NCBI GenBank assembly: GCA_963768655.1
Contig: CAVYIM010000003.1
Span: forward strand, 192,001 to 256,000
Length of the DNA stretch: 64,000 nucleotides
Direction: 5' to 3'
Origin: an uncultured Chloroflexia bacterium
Lineage (GTDB): Bacteria > Chloroflexota > Limnocylindria > Limnocylindrales > CSP1-4
Shown here: piece by piece, positions 18,824-31,685 of the stretch
How positions within the stretch are numbered: position 1 is the first letter of the stretch
Layout: every line of letters begins with the position of its first letter
Position numbers and translations under genes: made by a program
Notes under the pieces: model-generated
What the model was told of the DNA's origin: nothing
The model's input: only the letters and a program-made list of their open reading frames with translations
The model's database searches: none

Positions 18824-20173
18824 TCAGACCGCCTCGGCGTAGCGCTCGGCGGCGTAGCTCACGAAGCGGGTCTGGCTCTTCTTGAACCATAGCTTGACTT
18901 CGCCCGTGGGGCCATTTCGGTGCTTCGCCAGGCGCAGGTTTACGACCTCGCCGTCCGTTTCGACCTCTTCGCCGGGCTTGTCTCTCTCCCTCCACAAGAA
19001 GAGCACGAGGTCCGCGTCCTGCTCGATGGCGCCGGACTCGCGGAGGTCGGACAGACGCGGCTCGCGCGACTCGCGCATCTCCGGCTGACGCGACAGCTGG
19101 GAGAGGGCGAGGACCGGTACCTTGAGCTCGCGGGCGAGAGATTTGAGACCGCGACTGATCTCCGAGACCTCCTGGACTCGGTTGGCGTCGCGCGTGTTGG
19201 TCGTGGCCTGCATGAGCTGCAGGTAGTCCACGATCAGCAGGTCCAGTCCGCGCTCCGCCTGTAGCCGGCGGGCCTTGGTCCGCAACTCCATGGTGCCGAT
19301 GCTGGGTGTGTCGTCGATGAAGATCGGCGCTTCGGAGAGGGCGTTCATCGCCGGCGCGATCCGGGCGAAGTCCATCTCCTCGAGGAAGCCCGACCTAAGC
19401 CGCTGCGAGTCGATGGACGCGACGCTCGAAAGCAGACGAAGGACGAGCTGCTCTTTGCTCATCTCCAGGCTGAACACGCCGACGGTCTTGCCCTCGCGCA
19501 CGGCCGCGTGCTCGGCGATGTTGAGCGCCAGGCTGGTCTTGCCGACGCTCGGCCGGGCTGCCAGGACGATCAGGTCACTCGCCTGAAAGCCGGTGGTAAG
19601 CAGGTCCAGGTCCGTGAAGCCCGAGGCGATGCCGACGATCTCGCCGCGATGGGCGTGTAGGTAGTCCAGCCGGTCGTAGGCGTCGTGAAGGAGCGTCCGC
19701 AGCGCGCTGAAGCTGTCGCCGGACCTCCGCTGGCTGACCGCGAACAGCTCGGCCTCCGACCGATCGATCGCCTCCTGGATGTCCGGCCCGTCCTCGTAAC
19801 CGATTGCCGCGATCTTGCCGGCGGCCTGGATCAGCCGCCGCAAGAGGGCCTTGCGCTCGACAATTCGCCCGTACTGGCCGACGTGAACGGCGGTGGGAGT
19901 GTCGTTGCCGAGTGTCGAGAGATAGCTGGCGCCGCCCACAGCCTCCAGCTCGCCGGCCCGCTCCAGCGCCTCCGCGACCGTGACGACGTCGATCGGCTCG
20001 CGATGCTCGAACAGGTCCAGCATCGCGGCGTAGATGCGGCCGTGGGCCTGGCGGTAGAAATCCTCCGGGTGGAGGAAATCCGCGACCTCGATGATCGCGT
20101 CGCGGTCGATGAGGATGGACCCGAGCACGGCCTGCTCGGAGTCGAGGTTCTGTGGCGGCAGTCGGTCGATCAC
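18824..20173 (-). CDS. dnaB: Replicative DNA helicase
   Basis: LPPQNLDSEQAVLG, AARPSVGKT, DYLQLM, LSQLSR and SDLRESGAIEQDAD. Confidence 0.98.
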   Translation of the reverse strand: MIDRLPPQNLDSEQAVLGSILIDRDAIIEVADFLHPEDFYRQAHGRIYAAMLDLFEHREPIDVVTVAEALERAGELEAVGGASYLSTLGNDTPTAVHVGQYGRIVERKALLRRLIQAAGKIAAIGYEDGPDIQEAIDRSEAELFAVSQRRSGDSFSALRTLLHDAYDRLDYLHAHRGEIVGIASGFTDLDLLTTGFQASDLIVLAARPSVGKTSLALNIAEHAAVREGKTVGVFSLEMSKEQLVLRLLSSVASIDSQRLRSGFLEEMDFARIAPAMNALSEAPIFIDDTPSIGTMELRTKARRLQAERGLDLLIVDYLQLMQATTNTRDANRVQEVSEISRGLKSLARELKVPVLALSQLSRQPEMRESREPRLSDLRESGAIEQDADLVLFLWRERDKPGEEVETDGEVVNLRLAKHRNGPTGEVKLWFKKSQTRFVSYAAERYAEAV

Positions 20174-20307
20174 GGGTGGGCGGACCCCTTGAAACCTGAC
20201 TTGACGGTGACGGTGACGGTGACGACGCAATGGTGGCTCCGCCGAACTCTCGCCGCGTCAACGAACCCGACTGGTCGGCGGCTCACCTATCCCCGAACTG
20301 GGCGCCC

Positions 20308-20340
20308 TGTGGGCGGACTGTGGACATTCGATGTGGATGG
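20308..20340. promoter_or_regulatory. Degenerate DnaA-box-like cluster upstream of dnaB
   Basis: tgtgggcgg, tgtggacat and tgtggatgg compared with consensus TGTGGATAA/TGTGGACAA. Confidence 0.4.
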
Positions 20341-20499
20341 CTCACCCGCTTTCTCACCCGAATTCGCCCGCTACCCATCTGGCCGGCCCGAAGGCCGAGG
20401 CCGAGGCGCCGCCGAGCACCGCAGCGAGCGCACCGAGCGTGCGTGAGCGAAGGAGCGCAGAAGGCAACGAAGGCATCGGCCGTCTGACGGCCAGATGAT

Positions 20500-21150
20500 C
20501 TAGTCCAGGCGGCGGATGACCCCGATCAGCTTCCCCTGAATTCGCACGTCCGCGTAGAACATCGGCGGGTACTGAGCATTCGCGGGCTGCAGGCGAATGC
20601 GGCCCTGCTCCTTGAAGAACTGCTTGAGCGTTACTGAGTTCTCTTCCACCTGAGCGACGACAATGTCACCGTCACGGGCCGTCTGCTGCGGCCGGATCAG
20701 CACGAAGTCTCCATCCTGGATGTGGGCGTCGATCATCGAGTCGCCCCGGACACGCAGGACGTATGCGTCGCCCGAGGGGGCGAGCAGGTCCGGCACGGCC
20801 ATGCTCTCGGATGCGTCCTGGTAGGCCTCGATCGGGCCGCCGGCGGCGATCTCGCCCACGATCGGCAGCACATGGGCCTCCGTGGCGGTGGCCTGGGGCA
20901 TGAGCTCACCCGAGAGGCCGAGGCGCATTGCCGCCAGCGGCGTCAGGCGGATCGCGCGCGACTGAGCCGCGCCCCTCTCCAGGTAACCCTCGCGCTCGAG
21001 CATCTGGAGGTGATGGTGAACGGCCGACGTGGAGGCGAGATCGACGGCGACCGCGATTTCGCGCACGGACGGCGGGTAGCCGCGGGTTCGCAGCGTCGCG
21101 GCGATGAAGTCGAGGATCCTGCGCTTACGTTCGGCGTCGTGCTTGGTCAC
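20500..21150 (-). CDS. lexA: SOS repressor LexA
   Basis: GYPPSVREI, IAAGGP (Ala-Gly cleavage site), VRGDSM (catalytic Ser) and TLK (catalytic Lys); AAGGAGG RBS. Confidence 0.98.
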   Translation of the reverse strand: MTKHDAERKRRILDFIAATLRTRGYPPSVREIAVAVDLASTSAVHHHLQMLEREGYLERGAAQSRAIRLTPLAAMRLGLSGELMPQATATEAHVLPIVGEIAAGGPIEAYQDASESMAVPDLLAPSGDAYVLRVRGDSMIDAHIQDGDFVLIRPQQTARDGDIVVAQVEENSVTLKQFFKEQGRIRLQPANAQYPPMFYADVRIQGKLIGVIRRLD

Positions 21151-21171
21151 CGGCGCCTCCTTCCCATCCGG

Positions 21172-21200
21172 AGGGTACAGAACGCCCGTTCGATTGTCAA
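21172..21200 (-). promoter_or_regulatory. lexA promoter with a LexA box in the spacer
   Basis: TTGACA-17 nt-TACCCT; the spacer contains CGAACgggcGTTCT (21179-21192). Confidence 0.9.
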
Positions 21201-21302
21201 GCAGGCGCGGGCGAAGACCAGGCGCGGGCGGGAGGCGCCCGGTCGGGCGCGGCCTGTCGCACGGACGCTCGCGGGCTCGGCGCGGTCGCCCGTCTCCCCA
21301 CG

Positions 21303-22145
21303 CTACGGCCGCAGCGTGCCGAAGAAGACCTGCCAGGCCAGGAGCGACTTCGCGATCAGGCTGAAGAGCATGTAGGCGTGCTCGCCGTAGAGATAGTCGC
21401 GCCAGCGGCCGATCTTGCGGTACTGCAGAACCATGTTGATGGCGAAGATGTTGAAGAAGACGAAGAGCGTCACGAAGATGGCGATCACGAAGCCTGGAAT
21501 TGGGGCCGAGCCCGGCTCAGTTGCGGAGACCAGGAGTGTCACGAAGATGACGACCCACGGGACCGCGCCGGCGATGCAGCCGAAGATGTAGTGCAGCCAC
21601 TGCGGCCGCTCGCGCCCCTCGTTGGCGATCTCCATGCTCCAACCGAACATGATCATGGCGGCGTTCACGCCGAAGATCGCGATGAGGGTGCCGACCTCCT
21701 GGACACCGGCCAGGGCTGCGATGACGACGATCATTACGCTCGAGCTGAACGAGTATTCGATCCAGCGAATCGGGTTCTGGCCGCGCGCCAGATGGGCCTC
21801 GTACCAGCGCCGCGCCGGGAACGCCATGCTGAAGTGAGCGATCGCGCTCATGAAGAAGAACAAAGCCACGAACGGGCCGATCGGAAGGTCCCAAATGGCG
21901 CGCTGAGCAGTGACGAGATGACGCGTGGCCTCGTCGAAGTGCAGGTACGTGCTGACCACGGGCGAAGTAACGACCGGGCTCTTCGCAAACGAGATGGCGA
22001 GGATGGCCAGCCCCTGGACCAAATGAAGCGCCGAGAGGGTGGCGTTCCAGCGGAAGAGACCGATCGATCGATCGACCGGGATCTCCCCGGCTGCCGGTGC
22101 GGCGCGGACTCCGGACGCGGCCGGCCCGGCGGCAGATTCGGACAT
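21303..22145 (-). CDS. Heliorhodopsin
   Basis: LHLVQG, SAIAH, NPIRWIEYSFSSSVM, NMVLQY..IGRW.DY.YGE.AY..SLIAKSLLAWQVF (retinal-binding Lys). Confidence 0.95.
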   Translation of the reverse strand: MSESAAGPAASGVRAAPAAGEIPVDRSIGLFRWNATLSALHLVQGLAILAISFAKSPVVTSPVVSTYLHFDEATRHLVTAQRAIWDLPIGPFVALFFFMSAIAHFSMAFPARRWYEAHLARGQNPIRWIEYSFSSSVMIVVIAALAGVQEVGTLIAIFGVNAAMIMFGWSMEIANEGRERPQWLHYIFGCIAGAVPWVVIFVTLLVSATEPGSAPIPGFVIAIFVTLFVFFNIFAINMVLQYRKIGRWRDYLYGEHAYMLFSLIAKSLLAWQVFFGTLRP

Positions 22146-22285
22146 CGTTTCCCTCCTCCACTTGCGGGTGGGCTGGAATGGGCGGGGTACTGCCTACACG
22201 ATACGAGGGGCGAAGCTCCTGTCCAGCGGCCGGCCGCAGCCGTTGAGCCCCGCGCGACGCCTCCGCGCCCCGCGATCGTCGCCGG

Positions 22286-24913
<2,628 letters not shown>

Positions 24914-25144
24914 CGGCCGTTCCGGGAAGCTGTCACGGCACTGATCCTACCTCCGCGGGAGCCGCGACGACAGGTCCCCGCCGCCGGACCATCGGCCGAG
25001 GGAGACTGGCCCATCCGTCGCCACCGGAAGTGCCGTGGACGACGCGCTCGGGCAGCGAGGCTCGTTGTCAATCGTCGCGCCTGATAGACTCACAATTCCC
25101 CGGAGCGGACCCGCGAGTTGGGTCGCCCGGCGGACCGAGGACTG

Positions 25145-25663
25145 ATGGCCAGCACGGGTCGAGTCGTAGCGCGGAGGCGGCGCCGCCGCAGAGGCGGATT
25201 GATGCGCGCCCTCAACTGGCTGGCCTTCATGCCGCTCGCCAGCCGTGCGCCGATGTACTCGCGCCTCATCTGGGCGCTGGTGACGGACTCGCGGATCCCG
25301 ACCAGCCGAAAGGTGGTTCTCGTCGGGGCTGCCGGCTACGTGCTGGTGGGGCGCGACCTGATCCCTGACGACATCCCCGTCCTGGGCGGGCTCGACGATC
25401 TGGCTGTAGTCATCCTCGCAATCGAAGTATTCTTCGACGGCATTCCCGAAGAGATCCTCGACGAGAAGCTCGAAGAACTCGGCATCGACCGCGAGGCTTT
25501 CCGGCGGGACGTCGATCAGGTGCGACGGTTCACACCCACTCCAATCAGAAGGATCATTCGCCACCTGCCCGACGCTATAGACTCCGCGGGCCGGCTCATC
25601 GCCAAAGCAGAGCTCGGGCCGAAGGCCCGATCGCTCATCTCTAAGGAGGAATCGTTCGCGTGA
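25145..25663 (+). CDS. DUF1232/YkvA family protein
   Basis: DLIPDDIPVLGGLDD; GAGGA RBS; GTGA overlap with rplI. Confidence 0.85.
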   Translation: MASTGRVVARRRRRRRGGLMRALNWLAFMPLASRAPMYSRLIWALVTDSRIPTSRKVVLVGAAGYVLVGRDLIPDDIPVLGGLDDLAVVILAIEVFFDGIPEEILDEKLEELGIDREAFRRDVDQVRRFTPTPIRRIIRHLPDAIDSAGRLIAKAELGPKARSLISKEESFA

Positions 25664-26106
25664 AGGTCATCCTGACCGCCGACGTCGACAAGCTCGGCAA
25701 GAGCGGCGAGATGAAGGATGTCGCCGAAGGTTATGCCCGGAACTTCCTGATTCCGAAGAAGGTCGCAGTTCCCGCCGCCGGAGGGGCATTCCGCGCCTGG
25801 CAGCACGACATTGCCAGCCGCGAGGAGAAACGGCAGCGCGAACGCGAAGAGGCCGAGATCGCGGCCACGCGTGTCGCCAGCACGACGCTGACGATGGGCG
25901 TGAAGGTCGGCGAGGGCGGGAAGCTCTACGGCTCGATCACGGCCAAGGACATCGCCGACGCGCTGGCGCGCCGCGGCATCACCGTCGATCGCCACAAGGT
26001 GGAGCTGCCCGACCCGCTCAAGTCGCTGGGCACCTACAAGGTCGCCATCAAGGTCTACCCGGGCATGACCCCTGAGGTCACGGTCGTCGTCGAACCGAAG
26101 GGCTGA
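25660..26106 (+). CDS. rplI: 50S ribosomal protein L9
   Basis: MKVILTADVDKLGKSGE..V.EGYARNFLIP and GKLYGSIT..DIA. Confidence 0.98.
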   Translation: MKVILTADVDKLGKSGEMKDVAEGYARNFLIPKKVAVPAAGGAFRAWQHDIASREEKRQREREEAEIAATRVASTTLTMGVKVGEGGKLYGSITAKDIADALARRGITVDRHKVELPDPLKSLGTYKVAIKVYPGMTPEVTVVVEPKG

Positions 26107-26118
26107 GCAAGGGGCCCG

Positions 26119-27621
26119 CTAAGGCTCGTACAGCTCCGCCGAGGCCAGAATCGTCGCGCCATCGTCGCCTCCGGCGATGAGTACGCTGCCGTCGTCCAGG
26201 AGGGCGGCAGATGCGCAGAAGCGGGCGGACGTCATCGATCCGAGCTGGCTGAAAGTGCCGGCGGCCGGGTCGTACAACTCCATCGTTGAGGAGGCCGCGG
26301 TGCCATCCTTGCCGCCGGCGATCAGGACCCTGCCATCGGGCAGCAGCGTCGCCGTCTGCCAGAACGCTGCGTGCGCCATGGATCCGGTTGCGCTGAACTT
26401 CCCGGTCGCGGGGTCGTAGATCTCCGCCGACGCGATCGCCGGTCCGTCGTACAGATGCTCCGCGCCTCCGGCGATCAGGACCCGGCCGTCAGCGAGCAGG
26501 GTCGCCGTGGGCATGGAGCGGGCGACGACCATCGAGCCGGTCGTCGTGAACTCTCCGGTCGCGGGGTCGTAGATCTCTGCTGATGCGAGCGCAGGATTGG
26601 ACCCCCAGTCCGAGCCGCCAACGATCAGGACGCGGCCGTCGGGCAGCAGCGTCGCCGAATCGTTGCCACGGCCTTGCTGCAGCGAGCCGGTGACGCTGAA
26701 CGTGCCGGTCTCGGGGTCGTACAGGTAGGCCGCGTCGCTTCCCCCGGTCCCGCCCGCGAGGAGGACGCGGCCGTCCTGGAGCAGGGTCGCGGTGCCCTCG
26801 TTGAAAGTCGCTGGCATGGATCCGGTCTGCGAGAACTTGCCGGTCGAGGGATCGTACAGCTCCGCCTCGTCGAGATAGTCCGAGCCCGAATCGCCTCCGG
26901 CGATCAAGACCCGCCCGTCATTCAGCAGGGTTGCGGTCTGGCCGACCCTGGGGGACAGCATCGATCCCGTGCGAGTGAAGGTGCCGGTCGCCGGGTCGTA
27001 GAGTTCCGCGGAAGCGGTGATGGCGGGGCCGTCCCGGGTCTGCCCGCCGGCGATGAGGACACGGCCGTCGAGCAGCCGCGTCGCGGTCTGATAGACACGA
27101 GGGGAGGTCATGGAGGCCGCAGGTCTGGACACGACCGGCTGCGCGGATGGGCTCGGGCTCGGCTCGTCGGTCGGAGTCGAGATGGGCTCGGTCTCCTCGG
27201 TCGGCGTGGCGCTCGGGCTCGGCTCGTCGGTGGGCGTCTGGCCTGCCGCAGGCTCGTCGGTCGGCGTCTCTATCGGCTCGTCGGTCGGCGCGAGCGAATC
27301 CGTCGGGCTTTCGAGGTCCGCGACCGGCTGAGAGCTGGCGGCCGGCGCGTTGCTCGAAGGTCCTCCGAGCAAGTACGCTCCGCCGACCGCGGCGCCGCCG
27401 AAGGCGATCACGAGGGCGATCAGGCCCATCTGAATGAGCAGGAGGCGGTGACCGCGGGCCAGGCTGGCGACGGCCCCAACTGCACGCACCGCCGGCCCGT
27501 CCCGTGAAAGGGCTGCGGCCTCGATCTTGCGTGAGACGTCGATGCCGCAGCGTTCGCAGTAGCGGTCGTCGGTGAGGATGAGCGGCTTGCCGCAGACCGG
27601 GCAGATCATCGAAGCGGACAT
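26119..27621 (-). CDS. Membrane-anchored kelch-repeat (beta-propeller) protein with N-terminal zinc ribbon
   Basis: CPVCG...CERCG, one TM, PTDEP linker repeats and about 6 [14 protein letters not shown]...AELYDP repeats. Confidence 0.9.
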   Translation of the reverse strand: MSASMICPVCGKPLILTDDRYCERCGIDVSRKIEAAALSRDGPAVRAVGAVASLARGHRLLLIQMGLIALVIAFGGAAVGGAYLLGGPSSNAPAASSQPVADLESPTDSLAPTDEPIETPTDEPAAGQTPTDEPSPSATPTEETEPISTPTDEPSPSPSAQPVVSRPAASMTSPRVYQTATRLLDGRVLIAGGQTRDGPAITASAELYDPATGTFTRTGSMLSPRVGQTATLLNDGRVLIAGGDSGSDYLDEAELYDPSTGKFSQTGSMPATFNEGTATLLQDGRVLLAGGTGGSDAAYLYDPETGTFSVTGSLQQGRGNDSATLLPDGRVLIVGGSDWGSNPALASAEIYDPATGEFTTTGSMVVARSMPTATLLADGRVLIAGGAEHLYDGPAIASAEIYDPATGKFSATGSMAHAAFWQTATLLPDGRVLIAGGKDGTAASSTMELYDPAAGTFSQLGSMTSARFCASAALLDDGSVLIAGGDDGATILASAELYEP

Positions 27622-27785
27622 CTCTTCCCCCTTTGTTGGCGCGGGGCGGGGCGCCCAGTCATCGCGTCCGGCGACCTGCGGCGGGTGAGACGCGCCGGCG
27701 ACGGTCGATGTCTCGCTCCCGATTCGACCTTCGTTGGCGCTGGGCCGGAGCCAGCCCCAGTGAAGCCGGGGAACCGCCGGAAGCG

Positions 27786-28661
27786 CTAGAAGCGGGGTGG
27801 GCCGGCGGCGATTCGGCGGCGCATGTCGGCGAGCGTGCCGCGCGACGGGTTGATCCGTTCGGTCCACCACGTGGCTCCGGCCCCGGCGAACTCCGCGGCC
27901 GTGGCGGCGGCTGCTGACAGGTCGTCGGCCGGAGTGACGCCGGCCACGAGCACGTCGAATGGCCGTTCGGCGGGAGTTACGCCGGCCCGCTCCGTGGCCA
28001 GTGCGCGCTCCTCGGCGATGACGGCGCAGACGCCCCGGACGTCGTCCGGAGTGAGTGCCTGGCTCGTGCCGTCGGAGGCGCGCCGCAGCGGCCACACCCC
28101 GTCCCATCGGGCGGCGCGCCGTAGCGGGGCTCGGACAGGCCAGGTGGCGGCAACCCAGATCGGTATCCGTGGCTGCTGGAGGGGGGTCGGAAGGAACGTG
28201 GCTTCGTCGATTCGGTAGTGGGCGCCCTCGAACGAGAAGGGTCGCCCGCTCCACAGGCCGTCGAGTATCGCCAGCCCTTCGTCCAGCATCGCAGCCCGGA
28301 TGCGCAGGTCCGACTCGTCGCCGAACGCAGTGAACTCGCGGTCACGACTTCCGTTGCCCACACCCAGGGTGAGCCGCCCGCCGGAGAGATGGTCGAGGGT
28401 CGCGGCCTCGCGGGCCAGGTGCGACGGGCGGCGGCGCGCCATCGGCGTCACCATCGGCCCCAGCCGGATGCGGGTCGTGGCCGTGGCGATGGCGGCGAGG
28501 AGCAGCCACGGATCGGCGTGCGGGTCGGCCGGGTCGCGCATGATGTGGTCCCAGACCCACACCGCATCCCAACCGGCGGTTTCCGCATCACGCGCCACCT
28601 CCGCCGTCAGCCGGGGGTCGGCGAAGTGCCCGAAGTTCGGGATGTCGATAGCGAACTGCAT
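27786..28661 (-). CDS. LLM-class flavin-dependent oxidoreductase
   Basis: [30 protein letters not shown] and [14 protein letters not shown]. Confidence 0.92.
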   Translation of the reverse strand: MQFAIDIPNFGHFADPRLTAEVARDAETAGWDAVWVWDHIMRDPADPHADPWLLLAAIATATTRIRLGPMVTPMARRRPSHLAREAATLDHLSGGRLTLGVGNGSRDREFTAFGDESDLRIRAAMLDEGLAILDGLWSGRPFSFEGAHYRIDEATFLPTPLQQPRIPIWVAATWPVRAPLRRAARWDGVWPLRRASDGTSQALTPDDVRGVCAVIAEERALATERAGVTPAERPFDVLVAGVTPADDLSAAAATAAEFAGAGATWWTERINPSRGTLADMRRRIAAGPPRF

Positions 28662-28831
28662 GCGAGTAGGGTACCGGGCGAGGCGGGCCGGGGTCGTCGA
28701 GGCGCGGTCGCCGCCGGCTCTCTGGCTGCCCCAACCTCCGTCCTCACCTCTCCGGCCGTTCTCGCCTCCGCCTCTCCGGTCCCACCCGCGACCCCCTCGC
28801 CACGCGCGCGCCGCAGCGCCATCATTCGGCT

Positions 28832-30079
28832 ATGACAGCCGGCCGCCTGACCATCATCCACGTGGACCTCGACGCGTTCTTCGCGGCGGTCGAGCAGCGC
28901 GATCATCCGGAGTTGCGCGGCAAGCCCGTCATCGTCGGCGGCGACCCGCGGTCACGAGGCGTCGTCAGCACCTGCAGCTACGAGGCGCGCAAGTTCGGGG
29001 TCCATTCGGCCATGCCGCTCCGCACGGCCCTCTCGCTCTGCCCGAACGGCATCTTCGTGCCTGTCGACGGCGCCAAGTACCAACGCGTCAGCCGCGACGT
29101 GATGACGGTGCTCCGGCGCTTCACTCCAGCTGTCGAGCAGGTCTCGATCGACGAAGCATTCCTGGACGTTGCCGGCTCAGAGGGGTTGTTCGGGCCCGCG
29201 CCTGAGATCGCCCGCCGCATCAAGCGGGAGGTCGTGGGGACGGTCGGCCTGACGGTCTCGGTCGGCGTCGCGACGAACAAGCTCGTCGCCAAAGTCGGGA
29301 GCGATCTGCGCAAGCCCGACGGCCTCGTCGTGGTCCAACCCGGCGAAGAGGCCGCCTTCCTGGCGCCGCTCGAGATCCGACGGCTGTGGGGGATCGGGCC
29401 CAAGATGGCCGATCGGCTGCATGGCCTGGGCATCCGAACGATCGGCGACCTGGCCGCGCTGCCCGTGGAGACGCTCGGCCGCGCTCTCGGCGACCACGGC
29501 GCCACGCTGCATGATCGGGCGCTCGGGATCGACACGGAGCCGGTTCACGGCGGCGGCGAGGCGGCCAAGTCGGTCAGCCACGAGACGACTTTCGCGGTCG
29601 ACGTGACGGACACGGCCGAAATCGAGCGGACGCTGCTCGCGCTTACCGAAGGCGTGTCCGCTCGGCTGCGGGCCGCCGGGATGCGGGCCGGGACGGTGGC
29701 GGTCAAGATTCGAGACTCCCACTTTCGAACGATCACGCGCCAGAAGTCCCTGCCGGAGCCCAGCGACCTCACGGACACGATCTGGCGGGCGGCCCTGGAA
29801 CTGGCGCGGCCGGAGGTGCGCGGCAAGAAGATCCGGCTCCTCGGCGTCTCGGCGACGGGTCTCGGCCAGCCGGAGCAGACAAGCATGTTCGAGATCGTGG
29901 ACGAGAAGCAGCGGCGCGTCGTCGATGCGACAGACGCGGTGCGGCGGCGCTTCGGCGACCGAGCCGTCACGCGCGCGAGCCTGCTCCATCGCCCCATGCC
30001 TTCGCCGTTCGAGCGCGATCCGGCCTCCGCCGTCGAGGGCCGCGTCGGGATCCCGAAGATCGAGGACGAGATCGAGTAG
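28832..30079 (+). CDS. dinB: DNA polymerase IV
   Basis: IHVDLDAFFAAVEQ, CSYEARKFG, SIDEAFLD and KPDG. Confidence 0.97.
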   Translation: MTAGRLTIIHVDLDAFFAAVEQRDHPELRGKPVIVGGDPRSRGVVSTCSYEARKFGVHSAMPLRTALSLCPNGIFVPVDGAKYQRVSRDVMTVLRRFTPAVEQVSIDEAFLDVAGSEGLFGPAPEIARRIKREVVGTVGLTVSVGVATNKLVAKVGSDLRKPDGLVVVQPGEEAAFLAPLEIRRLWGIGPKMADRLHGLGIRTIGDLAALPVETLGRALGDHGATLHDRALGIDTEPVHGGGEAAKSVSHETTFAVDVTDTAEIERTLLALTEGVSARLRAAGMRAGTVAVKIRDSHFRTITRQKSLPEPSDLTDTIWRAALELARPEVRGKKIRLLGVSATGLGQPEQTSMFEIVDEKQRRVVDATDAVRRRFGDRAVTRASLLHRPMPSPFERDPASAVEGRVGIPKIEDEIE

Positions 30080-30506
30080 GTCCGCCGGAGGGTGGAGCCC
30101 GAGGTTTCGCGTCCACCTGCGCCCGGCACGCCGGTCCTTCGGGCACTGATGTTTCTCGATTTCCCACCCCACCGACATTGAGCAAGGATCGGCGATCGGA
30201 ACGACCGCCTGGCGCCACAGAGCGGCCGAAAGGGCTCCCGATAGGGTCGAACCCGGGTCTCGAGGCGCCGTCGTGGCACCTCGAGCGGCAGCAATTCCGG
30301 TGTGGTTGGCGGTGCAGACGGGGCGCGGTTGCCTTGTGTCGTCCTGATGGGGAATTACGAGGCCAGTCCTGCTGCCGGCCGCAGGCCGCGAGGGTGGGGT
30401 CGTGCCTCCGACGGCAATCGCACGGCCGTTCGCTTTCTTGTGACACACTAGCTGTCACGAGGGACACGCACCATCGCGGCGTCAATGAAGGCCCCGAGCA
30501 ACTGAC

Positions 30507-30560
30507 TTGACATCGAACGTCTGTTCGACTAGTCTGGCAGTGCAATAGAACGTCCGTTCT
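30507..30560 (+). promoter_or_regulatory. SOS promoter with two LexA boxes
   Basis: TTGACA (30507), 17-nt spacer, TAGTCT (30530). Boxes are TCGAACgtctGTTCGA (30513-30528) and AGAACgtccGTTCT (30547-30560). Confidence 0.9.
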
Positions 30561-30616
30561 TCAGCTCAAGTGCCCCCGAGCGAACGACGGCCCGCCAAGG
30601 CGAAGAGGAGTCCGCG

Positions 30617-30886
30617 ATGGCCATCGTCCGTATGGAACCTGTCAACGTCCGCGTCCGAGCCGGCTGGCTGGACGGCAGCCCGCGCGAGATCACCTGGGGC
30701 GACGTTCGCCTGCCGGTGACGCGACTGACCGCCGTGCGAAGCGAGATCTCAGCCTTCCGGGCCGCCGTCGGGCCCCGCACCTACTTCGAAGTCGAGACGC
30801 CCGGAGTCAAACTGGCGCTCTGCTACACCCATCGATCGCACCGCTGGACGGTCAATGGGGTCGACGACGAAGTGGGTCTGGTGTGA
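30617..30886 (+). CDS. Small SOS-regulated protein, DUF6504/ImuB-C-like
   Basis: GAGGAG RBS; pattern G.P..I.W...R..V...RTYFEVET....L.Y....RW.V.G..D. Confidence 0.7.
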   Translation: MAIVRMEPVNVRVRAGWLDGSPREITWGDVRLPVTRLTAVRSEISAFRAAVGPRTYFEVETPGVKLALCYTHRSHRWTVNGVDDEVGLV

Positions 30887-31016
30887 GCGTCCGCCCAGCC
30901 GAATCCACGGTCACCGGCCTGCCGGACCGGTTGCCCGCCCGGCCGGCAGTGCCACCCCGCCGGCGGATTCCGCGAGCGACCAACGGGATCGGCGGTTTGT
31001 TCCCTACAATCGCGCA

Positions 31017-31685
31017 ATGGCAGAGAAACGGAAATCCGTCTCGTTCGCTGATCTGACCGTTGGCCAGTTCGTAGAGCGCCTTTCCTCGGCCGAACCCGTT
31101 CCTGGAGGAGGAGCGGCTTCCGCCCTGGCTGCGGCGCTGGGTGCGGCACTCGTGTCCATGGTCGCGGGCCTGTCGGAGGGGCGGTCGAAGTACGCGGCCT
31201 ATGAGGCCACGCTGACACGAGCCAGCGCCGCGGGCAACGAACTAGCGGCGGAGTTGCTGGCAATCTCCGATAGAGACGCGGACGCGTACGCCCGCTACGC
31301 CGCGGCGCTGAAGCTGCCGCGGGACACGGATCAGCAGATCGAGGCGCGGCGGGAGGCGATCCGAGCGGCGGCGCGGGTGGCATCGGATGCGCCGTGGGAT
31401 TGCGTTCGCGCGTGCCAGCGGCTGGCGGAGCTCGCCGAGGCGCTCGCCGGGCGAAGCAACGTCAACGCCTCCAGCGACGTGCTCGTGGCGGCGCTGCTCG
31501 CCGAAGCGGGCGCGCGGGGAGCGGCCGAGAACGTGCGCATCAACCTGCCTTCGACCGGGGACGAGGCGTATTCGGAGGCGATGGACTGCCAGGTGGACGA
31601 AGCTCTCCACGACATCTCGGCGCTGGCGTCGCGGACCAGGGAGATGGTCCTGTCGGGACGGGCGAGAGACCCGGAGGACGAGTGA
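31017..31685 (+). CDS. fchA: Formiminotetrahydrofolate cyclodeaminase (FTCD C-terminal domain)
   Basis: FVERLSS.EPVPGGGAASAL, D.DA.AY and N.NASSD...NVRINL. Confidence 0.9.
   Translation: MAEKRKSVSFADLTVGQFVERLSSAEPVPGGGAASALAAALGAALVSMVAGLSEGRSKYAAYEATLTRASAAGNELAAELLAISDRDADAYARYAAALKLPRDTDQQIEARREAIRAAARVASDAPWDCVRACQRLAELAEALAGRSNVNASSDVLVAALLAEAGARGAAENVRINLPSTGDEAYSEAMDCQVDEALHDISALASRTREMVLSGRARDPEDE

Noticed and set aside
20174-20499. Replication origin beside dnaB
   Set aside because: Boxes are degenerate, there is no AT-rich unwinding element, and dnaA/dnaN are not adjacent
28662-28831. LexA box upstream of dinB
   Set aside because: No GAAC-N4-GTTC match found by eye
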